NCBI RefSeq assembly: GCF_009834535.1
Contig: NC_045697.1
Span: forward strand, 23,562,001 to 23,626,000
Direction of reading: 5' to 3'
Origin: Camelus ferus
Taxonomy: Eukaryota
Length of the DNA: 64,000 bases
The notes beneath the pieces are model-generated. The model ran no database searches. It had not been told where the DNA came from and saw only the letters and a list, made by a program, of their open reading frames with translations. Of the stretch, positions 23,911-35,781 are shown one piece after another. The position numbers were made by a program, and so were the translations under genes. Every line of letters starts with the position of its first letter. The first letter of the stretch is position 1.

Positions 23911-24654
23911 TTCACCAGACTAATTTCCATACCAAATCTTAACCTTGAGAGAGGCCTCTGGTCTGAGATCAGTGAATTACCTTCAGAACACACTCAAAAA
24001 CCTATGTCTTAAACCTTGGCCTCTAATGATAGACTCACCCACGTTCTTTGACAGTTAACTGCTGTGTTGTTACTTTTTATCTTAACACATTTTAGTGTTC
24101 ATTTAATTTTGTACTTAAGCCTCCAGTTGTTTCAAATATGAATGGAACATATGTTCTTTTAAACCACATGGAATAGGTTAATTGTTAAAATATGAAAACC
24201 ATGCTTTCAACTTGAAAAGATCTCCACTTTTTCTGATATAAATAATCCTAGGAATTGGGTTTTACCTTTGGCTTTTGCTAGACTTTGAGCAGTTTTAGAC
24301 TTCTTTTAAATAAAAGTCATGTTCTCTTCATGGCAATGACTTTTGACAATAAAAAGTCACTTTCATTACAGTAGGAAATTACTAAAGACAAGTAGTCCAT
24401 ACCTGGCTGTTGAGACAATAAACAACTACCTTGTTCTGGGAAGTAAAGTTTCTTTGTGTCAGTTGATATAATAGGTCCCAACAGACTTAACTGAGACACA
24501 GTGTCTCTGTGGGAACACAAGTGGGGAAAACATCCCTGTTTCAGTTTTCTTCCAATCTTATGATGTTTGCCTATCAAAAGTTTATAGTTCATTTTAATGA
24601 CAAATTCAAATGATTGAATACATACCATGGGAATCAGAACAATAGAGCAGATAA

Positions 24655-24830
24655 GAATATCAACTTTGGAATACCTCCCTGAGGTACTAACCTTACACTT
24701 GGCAAGATGCCCTGTCTCCTTGCCTGTAACTTTCCTTCACTGTAACATATGAAAAATATCAACTTATCCAAATAAATATAGGGTTAAATGAGATGGTTCG
24801 TGTATAATGTCTGGCACATAAAAAATGAGA
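24655..24830 (+). mobile_element. MIR remnant
   Basis: cttggcaaga...tttccttcactgtaacatatgaaaaata...gggttaaatgagatggt...gtctggcacata. Confidence 0.55.
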
Positions 24831-25649
24831 TAATTCTCCTCTGCACATCATGTTGCCATTCTTATCATTCTTATCTTTTTTTTAATAATGTGTCAGTGCT
24901 ATAGATAAAAATAGACAATTACTCAAACTAAATGTTACTTTATTAATAAAGCCTTTATCTTCTACTCAGAAAGGCTCTCTCTCCTCATTCCTGTGATACT
25001 CTGCCCTGCATTTTATATGGTTCCATATGTGTCTATGTCTTGAAGATGATAAAAGTCTTGGGATCTGTGTTATCCTCTGAAACTTCACCCCTGCAGTGCT
25101 CTTTGCTTACAACATGACCAGCAAAGCGTCCGTGGCACAAATGCTTTCAAAAAGGAAGGGAGAGGGGAAGAGAGGAGAGCAGAAGGGGGCATGCAGACAA
25201 AAGGAGTGGAACTGAATAGCATGAAATTAAAAGATTTGAAGAGACTCTGACATATTACACCAACTAAGGAAGAAAGAGGTTCTCTGCTCTAGAAAGAGGC
25301 TGCTTCTAGTTTCTTTGCTTCTTTTTCTTCTATTTATTTATTTTTAATCTTTTGTTTTCCATGACTTGAATTCTTAAGAGTAAAAGTAGTTTTGGCCCAC
25401 ACATCTCAAACAGTTGATCACTTGAGATAAGCTCTGATTAGGACGCAGCTTGTTCTTCCTTGAACCTAGCAGTTTAAACCATCATCCTTCAATAACGCAA
25501 TATGAACTAAAGCTGGAAGGGTGATTTGATCTCTAGGATAAGCCCCAGCAAATGATTACATCACAGAACAGACTTTTTTGCATTTATACTTTAGGCATGT
25601 TTTAATTGATTAATGGCACAATATACACTTGCATGGTAGCAAACTCTGA

Positions 25650-26229
25650 TGTTGCATATCCAATGGTAATTTCCCCTTCTCCCTTGTTAATTGTCCCCTG
25701 ATTTATTTTATGTGTCCATGATTTTTCACATACCTCAGGAAAAAGTTATCCTCAGCCTTACCAATTGAAGCCAATCTTAATTAATCTGGAGCAATGGTCT
25801 AATCTCCCTTTCCAATGATTATATCCTGTAGGTAATGCAACACAGTTCTCACCAATGAGGCATGGGAGAAATTTTCTGGGATTTTAGGAAATATAGAAAT
25901 TTTCTGGGATTTTAGGAAATATATTTTGGTTATTAACAAAAGGAGACCAAATGAAAGTGTTTCTCTCTCTCTTTTTTGTCTCTAAACAATAGTGCATATG
26001 GTTGTGATGCCTGAAGCTGATGCAGCAGTAGCGGACAAGAGGTAACTAACAAGCCTGCTGAGGCTGACAGGATAAAAAGATGGAAAGAACACGGGTGGGC
26101 TCCTAGTGACATTATTGAGATGTGAATTCACCAGCAGAACTTACTATGTGAGATGATAAACATCTTTATTTTTTAGCTATTTTGACTTTGAGTTTTTAGT
26201 TACTTGCAGGAAACTTATCTTATATAACA
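25650..26229 (+). mobile_element. MaLR MLT1 (J/K-like) LTR
   Basis: acacagttctcaccaatgag...tgtgatgcctgaagctgatgcagc...aaagatggaaagaac...tgtgagatgataaa...gttacttgcag. Confidence 0.75.
25867..25922. repeat. perfect 28-bp tandem duplication
   Basis: agaaattttctgggattttaggaaatat at 25867-25894 and 25895-25922. Confidence 0.95.
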
Positions 26230-27684
26230 AATCATAACTACAGAAATGACTAAGAATACTTTAGCTAATAGATATTAGTCAACAGAATTGTAAAATATCA
26301 AATTATCACTGCAAATACTTTCTGAATTGAAATACCATTCCCCAAGTGAACTAGTGATTTTTCTCTATTTTCTTGAATCTTGTTTTCCATCCCACTCTTT
26401 GTTATTTCCTTCTGCATTTTTCTTTAATCTTCTAGAACTCTTTGAATATTAATCTTGTATAAAATGAACACTTTATAATAGCAGAAAAGAAATTGTGTAT
26501 ATTTTAACTATATAATACAACTTTCGTAACACATACTAAAACATTTTCTTGAAATAATTAGCTTTAAGAAATCTTATTTTGATTGTTTTTAAAAACTTGT
26601 GTTACAGAAATATTCTATTTGTAACTGCCTCATGGAAGTATCAACTCATTAAAGATATTTTAAAGCCATTTTTGAAAAAATTCTATTAAACCATAAGTGA
26701 ACTAATGCCTTAATATCATTGTACTCTCCAAGGATAAAACATTATTAAAGTTGTTATTAAGATCCGTCAAGAAATGTTATTATGTTTTCATTTATGTTTA
26801 GACTACTAAGACAGTACATTTACATGAGAATGTATTAAAACACCAGGCTCACAAATATAACATAATTTTCAAGGCTAGGAAAGAAAATTAGTAAAGGGAA
26901 TGTGTGTGGCCAGACCCTCATCTGATTCAAATGAGATAAATGTTGAAATCTTACTGTGTTTGAGAAGACATACAAGATCAATTTCCCTAGTGATCTAAAT
27001 AAATTCATTCCTAATCTGAAAGTAATTGACATTCAGTGGTTAGAATGTAATCGCAATACTTATTTAAATAGCCAATTTTAATGAAGGCAAAGGGTCACTT
27101 TCAGTAATCTTAAATTAGAAGAATAAACAAGAGAGTAAATTAATGTTTTGAGTTTTCATACTTTTTGAAAGGGAATGATCCCAATTCATTTTATTGGTTT
27201 TGAATAGAAGAGTAATTGCAGCCTGACACTAAATTTAAATGGTATGTCTATGCATAGAAAAAATATGTTTTGTGAGCATTTACCCTAATAAAAAGTCAAT
27301 TTTCAAACATTATTCTTGGAAATAATATTTTAGAATTAAAATATAAATGATGCTTTTTTTATATCTTCTAAAAATAAACTCATATTTTATAATGGATAGT
27401 CTATGAAGGTTGAATGCTGCTCTACCCACTAAAGCTAATTTATTTTTAAAACATCTTTTGTTTTCAAGTTGAAGCATGCACTTTATTTTGTGATGTCCTA
27501 TGAGTTAATCTACAAATATATTTATCTCAAATTTTTTTTAGGAAAATAAAGATTTCACATTTTTACTATCTATATGACATTTTCGGATATTAGAGTCACA
27601 TTTATCAAATATGCCAAAGTTATGTCTATACTTAAGATATGAGGCACGTTTCTTAAGATGATAAAGTAATTGCTGTATTATTCT

Positions 27685-28005
27685 CCTTTTTAAAAATAGA
27701 CTGTATCTTTTAAGAGCAGATTTAGGTTCACAGCAAACTTGAACACAATGTACAGAGATTCTCATAAGCCCCCTGTACCACACCTGCATAGTGTCTCCCA
27801 TTATCAGCATCCCCTAACAGAGTGGTACATTTGTTAAAATCAATGAACTTTTACTGGCACATCGTTATCACAGAGTTCATCTTTGGTGGTGTACATTCTA
27901 TGGTTTTTGACAAATTTACAATGATGTGTATCCATCATTACAGCAAAATACAGAGAAGTTTAACTGCCCTAAAAATCTGTGTTTTGCTTATTTATTATCC
28001 TCTTT
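27685..28005 (-). mobile_element. old L1M (L1MB/MC-like) 3' end
   Basis: agagcagatttaggttcacagcaaacttgaaca...gtacagagattctcata...agagtggtacatttgttaaaatcaatgaac. Confidence 0.8.
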
Positions 28006-29418
28006 CAATGCTATTATAGGCTTGTCCTTAGCTACGTGTATAAGATACAAATATCTGAAGGTTTAATATAGCCTTGAATCATATACAATTTAAAAAATAA
28101 AAAGAGCAGAAATTCTCAAGGTATGCAAAGCTACAAGAGTAAACTTACGTTTTCTGGTTGACTGGATGCAAAGTGAGCTACATTTCCCTTATGCTAAATG
28201 TTCATTATTTTTCCAAATTGTCATTTTGAACCTAAATCATCTGACTTGAGTCAAATTCCTTCATGGCTCAGGAGGGACATTGTCTCACTTTTCTCTTCTT
28301 TCTTCCTCTCTCTTTACTGTTTTGTTTTGTTTTGAATTATAGAGCTTAGAGGTAAACTGTAGCCAGATGTGGTGAAACTAAGAGGCTTGTCATAGTCTCG
28401 CACTGCACTGCTGCGGTAACAGAAATTTTGGCTAAATTCTACTGCCTTTGATAGCCATTTGTAAGAGCTCCTTGATATAAGAGAATACTCAGTTACACCA
28501 GTGTTGGATAAATTTAGATAATACCACATTCCGAGAGGAAAGGTTCACTAATATTAGCTGAAGTGCCAACCAGCCCCGCAAAGCTCTCCTTGTTACAAAA
28601 TATTACAAAATGGAGTTGGAAAAATCTGCAAACTTTGGTGTCACTGTTCCTTGTGCCTTTGTTGGAAATTCTAAAGGAATGTGAATTTGATCATGTGATT
28701 CTCCCTGTAACAGTTAAATGGTTGTACTATTTCTTAGAAAGCAGGTGGTGGAATACACAGTGCAAAAGCCGAGCAGGCAACTGTCTCAATTTTGTGCATT
28801 TAAGAGCTGACGAGATGACTGACGACATTGCCAGCTAGAAGCCATCATGCGGTCTGAAATGCCCTCTGTGACAATATTAACAATATTGTTTTTCATGAAG
28901 ATCCTACATACATCTTAATGAGTGGAGAACACTTAACACTGTGGCAAAATGAACTTCTCTGATTATCAAGCTTCAGAATGAAAGGCCCCTTGGTACTTGT
29001 TCAGTGCATAATAATAATATAATACAATCCCATGGTGTCTTATGAAAATATCTTAAACTACTTTAATCTCATATCAACTCAAAGGTATTTTAAGCAGTGG
29101 CATAGCCTGGTCACATAGATAAACAGTTCAACTGAGTTTGAAGTCAGTTGTAGCCCTGAAACTAGTTTCCAAGTTAATTTCTCAACATCACACCGCTTTT
29201 GCTAGAAGAAAAGCACTGGTATCAAGATGACAGGAGCAGAGGGAATGCCTGAAAAGGGGACTAAGAGGGAGCCTCAACTTCAGTGTCAACATAAAGTCCT
29301 TGGTTTACCTGGGCAACAAATATTTCATGGAATGGGAGGGCCTTGAAAGATGATCAGGGATGCAGAATAATAATAAAATATATACATTTTCTTCTTTATA
29401 GTTTGGTTAAGAAACTGT

Positions 29419-29620
29419 GGAGTTGCCAGGAAAATATATAAAACCCAATTAAATTTGAATTTCAGATCAACAATGAATAATTTTTAGTATAAGTATATAT
29501 TTACATAATCATGCTAAATAATTCTACTCACTTCCTTATACTACAAATTATTTGTTGTTGATCTGAAATTCAAATTTAACTGGGGATTCTGTATTTTTAT
29601 TTGCTAAACTTGGCTATTTT
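29419..29620. mobile_element. MER53 palindromic hAT MITE
   Basis: gttgccag start; perfect 25-bp inverted repeat at 29449-29473 / 29555-29579; matches recalled MER53. Confidence 0.88.
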
Positions 29621-29634
29621 TGTTAGATGGCTAT

Positions 29635-29830
29635 TGTAGCAGACGTTGTTGGCTACTTAATCAACAATGATTTTTTCCTTTTTCCTTCCAATGGATCAGC
29701 CATAAAAGGCTAATCAAGATCAGACTAAGTCAGTCATGGCAATCTTGTTTCCTTTGCACTACAGGCGCACAGTGAACATATGATATAGCAGATGAGAAGG
29801 AGAAGCTAGTGATGGCCTTTGAAGGAGAAC
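29635..29830 (+). mobile_element. MaLR MLT1-like LTR 5' fragment
   Basis: tgtagcagacgttgttggcta...ctaagtcagtcatggcaatcttgtttcctttgc. Confidence 0.45.
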
Positions 29831-30744
29831 TGTTCTTCTTGATTTTGAGGGGGAGGGAATGAGAATAGTTGTTTCTGTCAATCTTAGAGGGACCAAATCA
29901 CCAGCCTCACTGTTCTCCACACAGCAATTCACTGGACAGCTGCAGTGATAATATGACCAACATTAAGCATAAGAGAACAAAGTTTATAAATGCTGACATC
30001 AGAGGGGAAGAAGGGCTTCACCAGCCATGTGCTAACAAGGTAATTGGAAAAGCAGCAGAATGATAGAAGTGAAAGGATTTCTTTGTTAATTAGAGAGGGG
30101 CTACATTTAGCATGAGTTCCCTGATTGGTTATATATGAAATCTACCTGATAGTCACACGTGTCCCCCAAAAGGAAATGTGTTTTCCTAAATTTGCTACAG
30201 TATGTCATAGGGTCACTTGATCAGCAACACAAATAGGATATCTAGTATGTCAGTTAAGGAGGGAGGGAAAAGAGGAGAGGTCAGGAGAGGCCAGTAAGAG
30301 AACTCTGGGTCAAAGGGTACTTATATCAAAGAGTTTCCATCTAGATGTCACAGACTAGTGGGCTCTTCTTATTACAATAGTGCAAAGAGAAAACATTGCA
30401 TCACCTTTTTTGCATCTTGTTTGAGCCACTGTTACAAGAGGATGTATATTGGGAACTATGATGGCTATCTTATAATAATGATAGAGATAACACACTAAAA
30501 ATTGCAGAAGAAGTGATGAAAAAATCTGAATTCCTTTTATCAAAACTGGGTTCTTACAAAACCTAGACTGTATACCTCTTGCCTCATTTTTATGAAGACG
30601 TATTCCTAAAGATTTACCCACATTTATTTCTTGCAACTTATCATATCAACAAAAGATTGAAAATTCCCAATTCCCTAATTTTTCTAATGGCTAAAAAAAA
30701 AAACAATTCTGAAGATACCTGTGAAATTTCTCTCTTTTACTTAA

Positions 30745-32830
30745 AAATATTTGCATAGTAACTATTGTGTACCATATACTTTTCTCAACACTGGATCTGG
30801 TCATCCACGAGACAAGCAAGGTCCTTTGCATTAGGGTCATAACACTAAAAGTGAAGAAAGAAAGATGCTAGAAGTTAGCTAGGGCACATAAGAGAAAGGG
30901 AAAAAACTGATGGAGGATTGAATTTGGTAGATGAAATCAAGAATTATTGATATTTAATTGTGTGATGGCTTAGACAGCCAACTATAACAAGTATGCAGTA
31001 AGTTTTATATATATATACACAAGTGGATCACAAGGAAGCATTAGAGGTGGATGTATATATTTGAAAGTCACAGGTACATAGATTGAAGATAAGTATCTAT
31101 GAAATGACCTAGGAAAAGAATGTAGACAGAGAATAAAACAAAGCAAAACAAAAAACAAGAAGGGATCCAGGAATGTTTCCTGGCATATTCAGTCTATTCA
31201 GAAACAAGGACCATTAAAGAGTACAGAGAACAATATTCACTGAGGAATGTCAGGGACTGTTTCAAGGAGATTATTGTATTAAACATGGTTGAACAGTAGC
31301 CTAAAATGAAGACAAAGCAGCTTCCTTTGGGGCAATGAAAATGCTCTCTGTGACCCTGACACAAATTCTAGAAAATATGGTGGAAACTAGGCTATGTGAG
31401 TTAAAATGTCATTGGTGGGGAGACAGTCTCAGCATTTTTTCATGTGAATTTTTTTTTTCAGTAACTGGAAGAAGGAAAATAAGACAGAAGATTAAGAGAG
31501 GTGTGTGATCAAACACAAATGTTTGTATGCTCCCAGTAACTGCTGGAGTGCAGTTCATCAGTAATAGACAGAGGATGCGTTCTAAAGAAACTGGGAAAGG
31601 AATAGCTTTTGCTAATTGGTAACAGAGGAAAACTTAACACTTTGTAAAATTAGATAAAGACTAGAGGGCCATGTGTAACTAAAATTGTTCAATTGGTTAT
31701 GAAATAATGAGAGGAGGTCCTATCTGATGGAATCCATCTTCAAAATGAATTTTGAGGCAAGATTACGAGCTACAAATGAAGAATAGAGGAGATACAGGTG
31801 GTCTGAGGAGAAACTTGAAGGTACAAAATAGTTATTTTTGTATCTGAGATTAATATAAAAATTTAATTTAGACACAGGTGGGCTGCTCAGTAGTGTTGCC
31901 TATTTGAGGTTTATTTTCTTGAATTCAGCTTTGAAACAGTCAGTAAAATGCATGATTTTTCTCCAGAAAACTTAAGAGGATGAATGTTTGTAGTTAACCA
32001 TCGCTGGCAATTCATGTAAGGATGGAAGTGAACAGCAGAAGATTAATGATCGCTGTAAAAACAAAACAAAACAAAACAAAAAACTGATGTTGTCTGCAGT
32101 TTTTAATCTGGTGAAAGAACTGCTACACTATGGTTCTGAGAATAAATGAACTATAGTAGCAGAAGAGAAAGTCAGATTCTGAGGTTGTAGAAAGCAAAGT
32201 TTAGAGTTACTCCGCATAACAAGCCTTTGGAAGAAGTTGCGTTACTGTGCATAACAAGTTCCCAAACGTGACTATGACAGTGGCTGAAGGAAAATTGGAG
32301 ACAAGATCAAGGGGTTGAGATAACCAGTTATTCAATGGGCTATGTATGTGGATAATATACTTGAAAAAATTATAGGAATGAGATGAAGAAGAAAATAGGA
32401 CTCAGCAATAGATCAATAATTGTGGAGAAATAAGCAGGAAATCTGAAGGTGATACCAATGGGAGACTAGGTAGGTGGCACTATGTCTATGGAATATACTT
32501 ACAAGATCTAGAGCTTTTGAAGGAGGGAAAAATTGGCTTCAGAGAGGCCATGGACCTTTACACACTGGATGTGAGACAATAAGAGAATAATAACTATTCT
32601 TTAAAGAGCAGTCTCCATTTAAGGAGACTAGAGGGAGGTAGTGTCCTCAGAGGATCATGCATATCAAATTATTGTAAAGAGGAGAAAAATATTTTTAAAA
32701 AGGGTAAAGGATATAGATACTCTTGCTGGTCACAGATCTGGTGTGTTAGAAGGTAAAATAAAATGTTTCCAGGATATTCAGGAAAGATAGGAGAAGGACT
32801 GGGTCAAACAGGGGATTTAGAAACCATGAC
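30745..32830 (-). mobile_element. long degenerate L2 LINE
   Basis: purine-rich + strand with antisense-L2 motifs (atttgaaagtcacaggtacatagattg...gaaatgacctaggaaaagaatgtagacagag; gtgaccctgaca). Confidence 0.55.
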
Positions 32831-32899
32831 TAGAGTAGGATTATTTTAGAGACCTGGACTTCTGATTTTGGAAAAGGAAAAAAGAAAGAAGAAAAAGCA

Positions 32900-33252
32900 A
32901 AACAGTGCGGGACTGGTCCCGCGGGGAGGGAGCGGCCAAGGAGGACTGGCGCTCATTCACTGGGTCTCCTCCTCTACAGAGAGAGGCCAGCTGGACGGAG
33001 AGGGAGCCTCCGAGGCTCGGATCTATACGGGGCACCCCTTGACTGACAGAACTAAGTTAAACAGGCACAAAGGGTCCCTGTGACACCCAGCCCGAAACAT
33101 GAGCTGGCAGCTGGGGGCCGGGACAGGCCACCCGAACCGGGTGGAGGAATGGGGCGGCTGCACCGAAGCAGCCTTGGCGGACTGCAGGGGGCTGCATGCC
33201 ATGGCTGAGAGGGGATACGAAGCAGAACAACCTGGGTCCACCATAAATTACG

Positions 33253-33286
<34 letters not shown>

Positions 33287-33960
33287 CAAAGCAACACTGC
33301 TGGTGTGCCCTGGGGGGAGGGCGATCCATAGCCTTTGTCTCCTCAGACCCACAGTGCCATTACTGGCGACTTCTCGGGAGAAGAGAGGCAGGGCACAGCC
33401 ACAGCCGCCGTCTCCTCCTGTGCGCAGCGCCCTGAATCCGCACCTGGGGGCTCTACAACCTCCCAGGCAGGACTGAGACTTGTTTATAGCGCGAGGCAGA
33501 TAGGATCTTTCCACCCTGGTACCTCAGAGAACTCGGGCTGCCAAGACAAACAAGGAGCTGGGTTTTGGCACAGAGCAGGGGCTGGGCTGTTTCACAGTCT
33601 TCCCCGAGCCCGCTTATGGAGCTCCGACCCAGGGTGGAGTGGGCAGCTGCACAGAGCAGGGGAGCGACTGGCGCCAGGAGAGGGCAGGCGGCCATCCACC
33701 TTCCTGGTAGGAGCACAGCACCTGACCTTGGTGCTGGGAGGGGGCACTATCTGCCCACCTACCTTCTGAGTACAGTATCTGCGGCATCCAGAGGGGGAGT
33801 GACCTGCTCGCCAACCATGTAAGAGTGCAGCACCTGACCCAGTGTTGGGAGGGGGCACGATCTGCTTGCTGACAGGCTCTGGGAGCAGCACAGACGAAGG
33901 TGCCAACAGGAGGCCTCTGGAAACAGCAAGCTGAGTTCGCAAAATAGGGTGTAACAGAAA
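32900..33960 (+). promoter_or_regulatory. L1 5'UTR internal promoter region, CpG-island-like
   Basis: abrupt switch to high GC with many CpGs immediately upstream of ORF1; internal A33 tract at 33253-33285. Confidence 0.75.
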
Positions 33961-34485
33961 GTCCTCTCGATAAAATCATTAAGAGTGCACAGTCTCCATG
34001 AGAACACATCACTTTTGTTTCTTTAATCTTTTTTTATCTGTTCTATTTTCTATTACCCTTTAAATTTTTACTTTTTAAACAATTGTATATGTCTACAGTT
34101 TTAATCCTTTTAAAATTTTTCTTTTAAAATATTTTTTATTATTATTTTTAAAAATCTACCTCATTTCATTTTTATTTCTTTTTGCTTTGATCTTCTGTTA
34201 TTGATTACAAACAGGTTTCAAATATTGTTTTGTTGATCTTTTCTCCTTTTTAAAAATTTTTAAAAGACATCTCAACTTGATTGCTATTTTGCTTCAACTT
34301 GCTCTTCTATTATTGATTACACACTGTTTTCAAACCTTTTTTTCCTCACTTCTTTTAAAATTCTCTCTCTCCTTTTTTTTTTTTAAAGTTTTATTCCTGC
34401 ATAGGCCTTAGATAGATAAATAAATAAACTCCTTAAGGACCACAATAGATAGCTGATACTCCATAAGCCACAGTGCCAGAGAGAC

Positions 34486-35382
34486 ATGAGCAAGATGAAG
34501 AAGCAGAGGAACCAATGCCAATTAAAAGAGCAAGAGAAATATCCTGAAAGAATGATCAATGAAATAGACATTGATGGCCTACTAGATCAAGATCTCAAAA
34601 AAAGGAGTGGTCAAAGTACTGAAGGAACTAAAAGAGATAGTGTTTAGAGATATAAAATATGTCAAAAATGAAATTGAAGCCATAAAGAAAAGCCAAGTAG
34701 AATTGGTAAACTCATTTGCTGAGATGACAGCTGATCTAATGGCTGTACAAAGCAGACTAGATAATACAGAGGAGCAAATTAGTGACCTAGAAGACAGGAC
34801 AACAGAAAGCACCCAATCAGAACAGCTGAGAGAAAAACAAATAAAAACCAGTGAAAACAATATAAGGGACCTATGGGATAATATAAAGTGTGCCAATCTA
34901 CGCATAATAGGGATTCCAGAAGGGGAAGAAAGAACAAACGGACTGAAAAGGTATTTGAAGATATCATGACTGAAAACTTCCCAAACCTAAAGGAATCAGA
35001 TATCCAAGTACAGGGGGCTCAGAGGGTCCCAAACAGGGAGAACCCAAACAGACCACACCAAGACATATCATAATCAAGATGGCCAGAGTCAAGAATAAAG
35101 AAATTATCCTAAAGACAACAAGAGAAAAGAAGAGTGAGCTACAAGGGAACCTCCATAAGGCTCTCAGCTGATTTCTCTACATGAACACTACAGGCCAGAA
35201 GGGAGTGGCAAGATATATTCAAAGTCCTGAATGAAAAAAAGATGCAGCCTAGGATACTTTATCCAGCAAGGCTATCCTTTAGAATAGAAGGAGAGATAAA
35301 GAATTTCACAGACAAGCAAAAACTAAAAGAGTTTACCAACACTAAACCCATGCTAAAAGAAATATTGAAAGTTCTACTCTAA
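34486..35382 (+). pseudogene. L1 ORF1p (coiled coil, RRM, CTD), disrupted
   Basis: MSKMKKQRN..., EEQISDLEDR, LWDNIKCANLRIIGIPEGEE, ENFPNL, RHIIIKMA, ARREW, YPARLSF; several frameshifts and an in-frame TGA at 35182; terminal TAA at 35380-35382. Confidence 0.95.
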
Positions 35383-35781
35383 ATAGAAAAGCAGCAGGAT
35401 GCTTCAGAAATGAGAAACTCATAACTGGAAAAGTGATAACTATCATGAATTACAAATAGAATTAACACAAAATTGTAAAAGAAGACATCTATCTAAATCA
35501 TTAAGAGTGAGAGAGGGAGGCAAGAAAATATATTTTTTTCTTTTTTAAACTTTTTGTTCTCATTAGGATGGGTTTGAGGCTATATTACTATCTGTTTAAT
35601 ACAAACAATTATAACGGGTTAATAGACTTCCAAAAATGGTAACCACAATCCAAAAACTTACAAGTGAGTCACAAAAACTAAATAAAATCCAAGATAATAA
35701 AAAGTAAAATTACCAAACCACAAAAGGAAGAAGAAAGGAACAAAGAGGAAATACCAAATCAACTGCAAAGATAAGTTCAAA

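Noticed and set aside
25867..25922. CRISPR-like 28-bp direct repeat
   Set aside because: Only two adjacent copies, no spacer, no cas genes, mammalian context.
400..32800. Numerous 60-103 aa ORFs in the left half
   Set aside because: Low-complexity AT-driven composition, many non-ATG starts or TE overlap, no domain recognised; lengths expected by chance.
32841..34012. Cluster of 60-144 aa ORFs on both strands (possible ORF0-like gene)
   Set aside because: Explained by stop-codon scarcity in the GC-rich L1 5'UTR; poly-K/poly-F come from the A33 tract; no recognisable protein.
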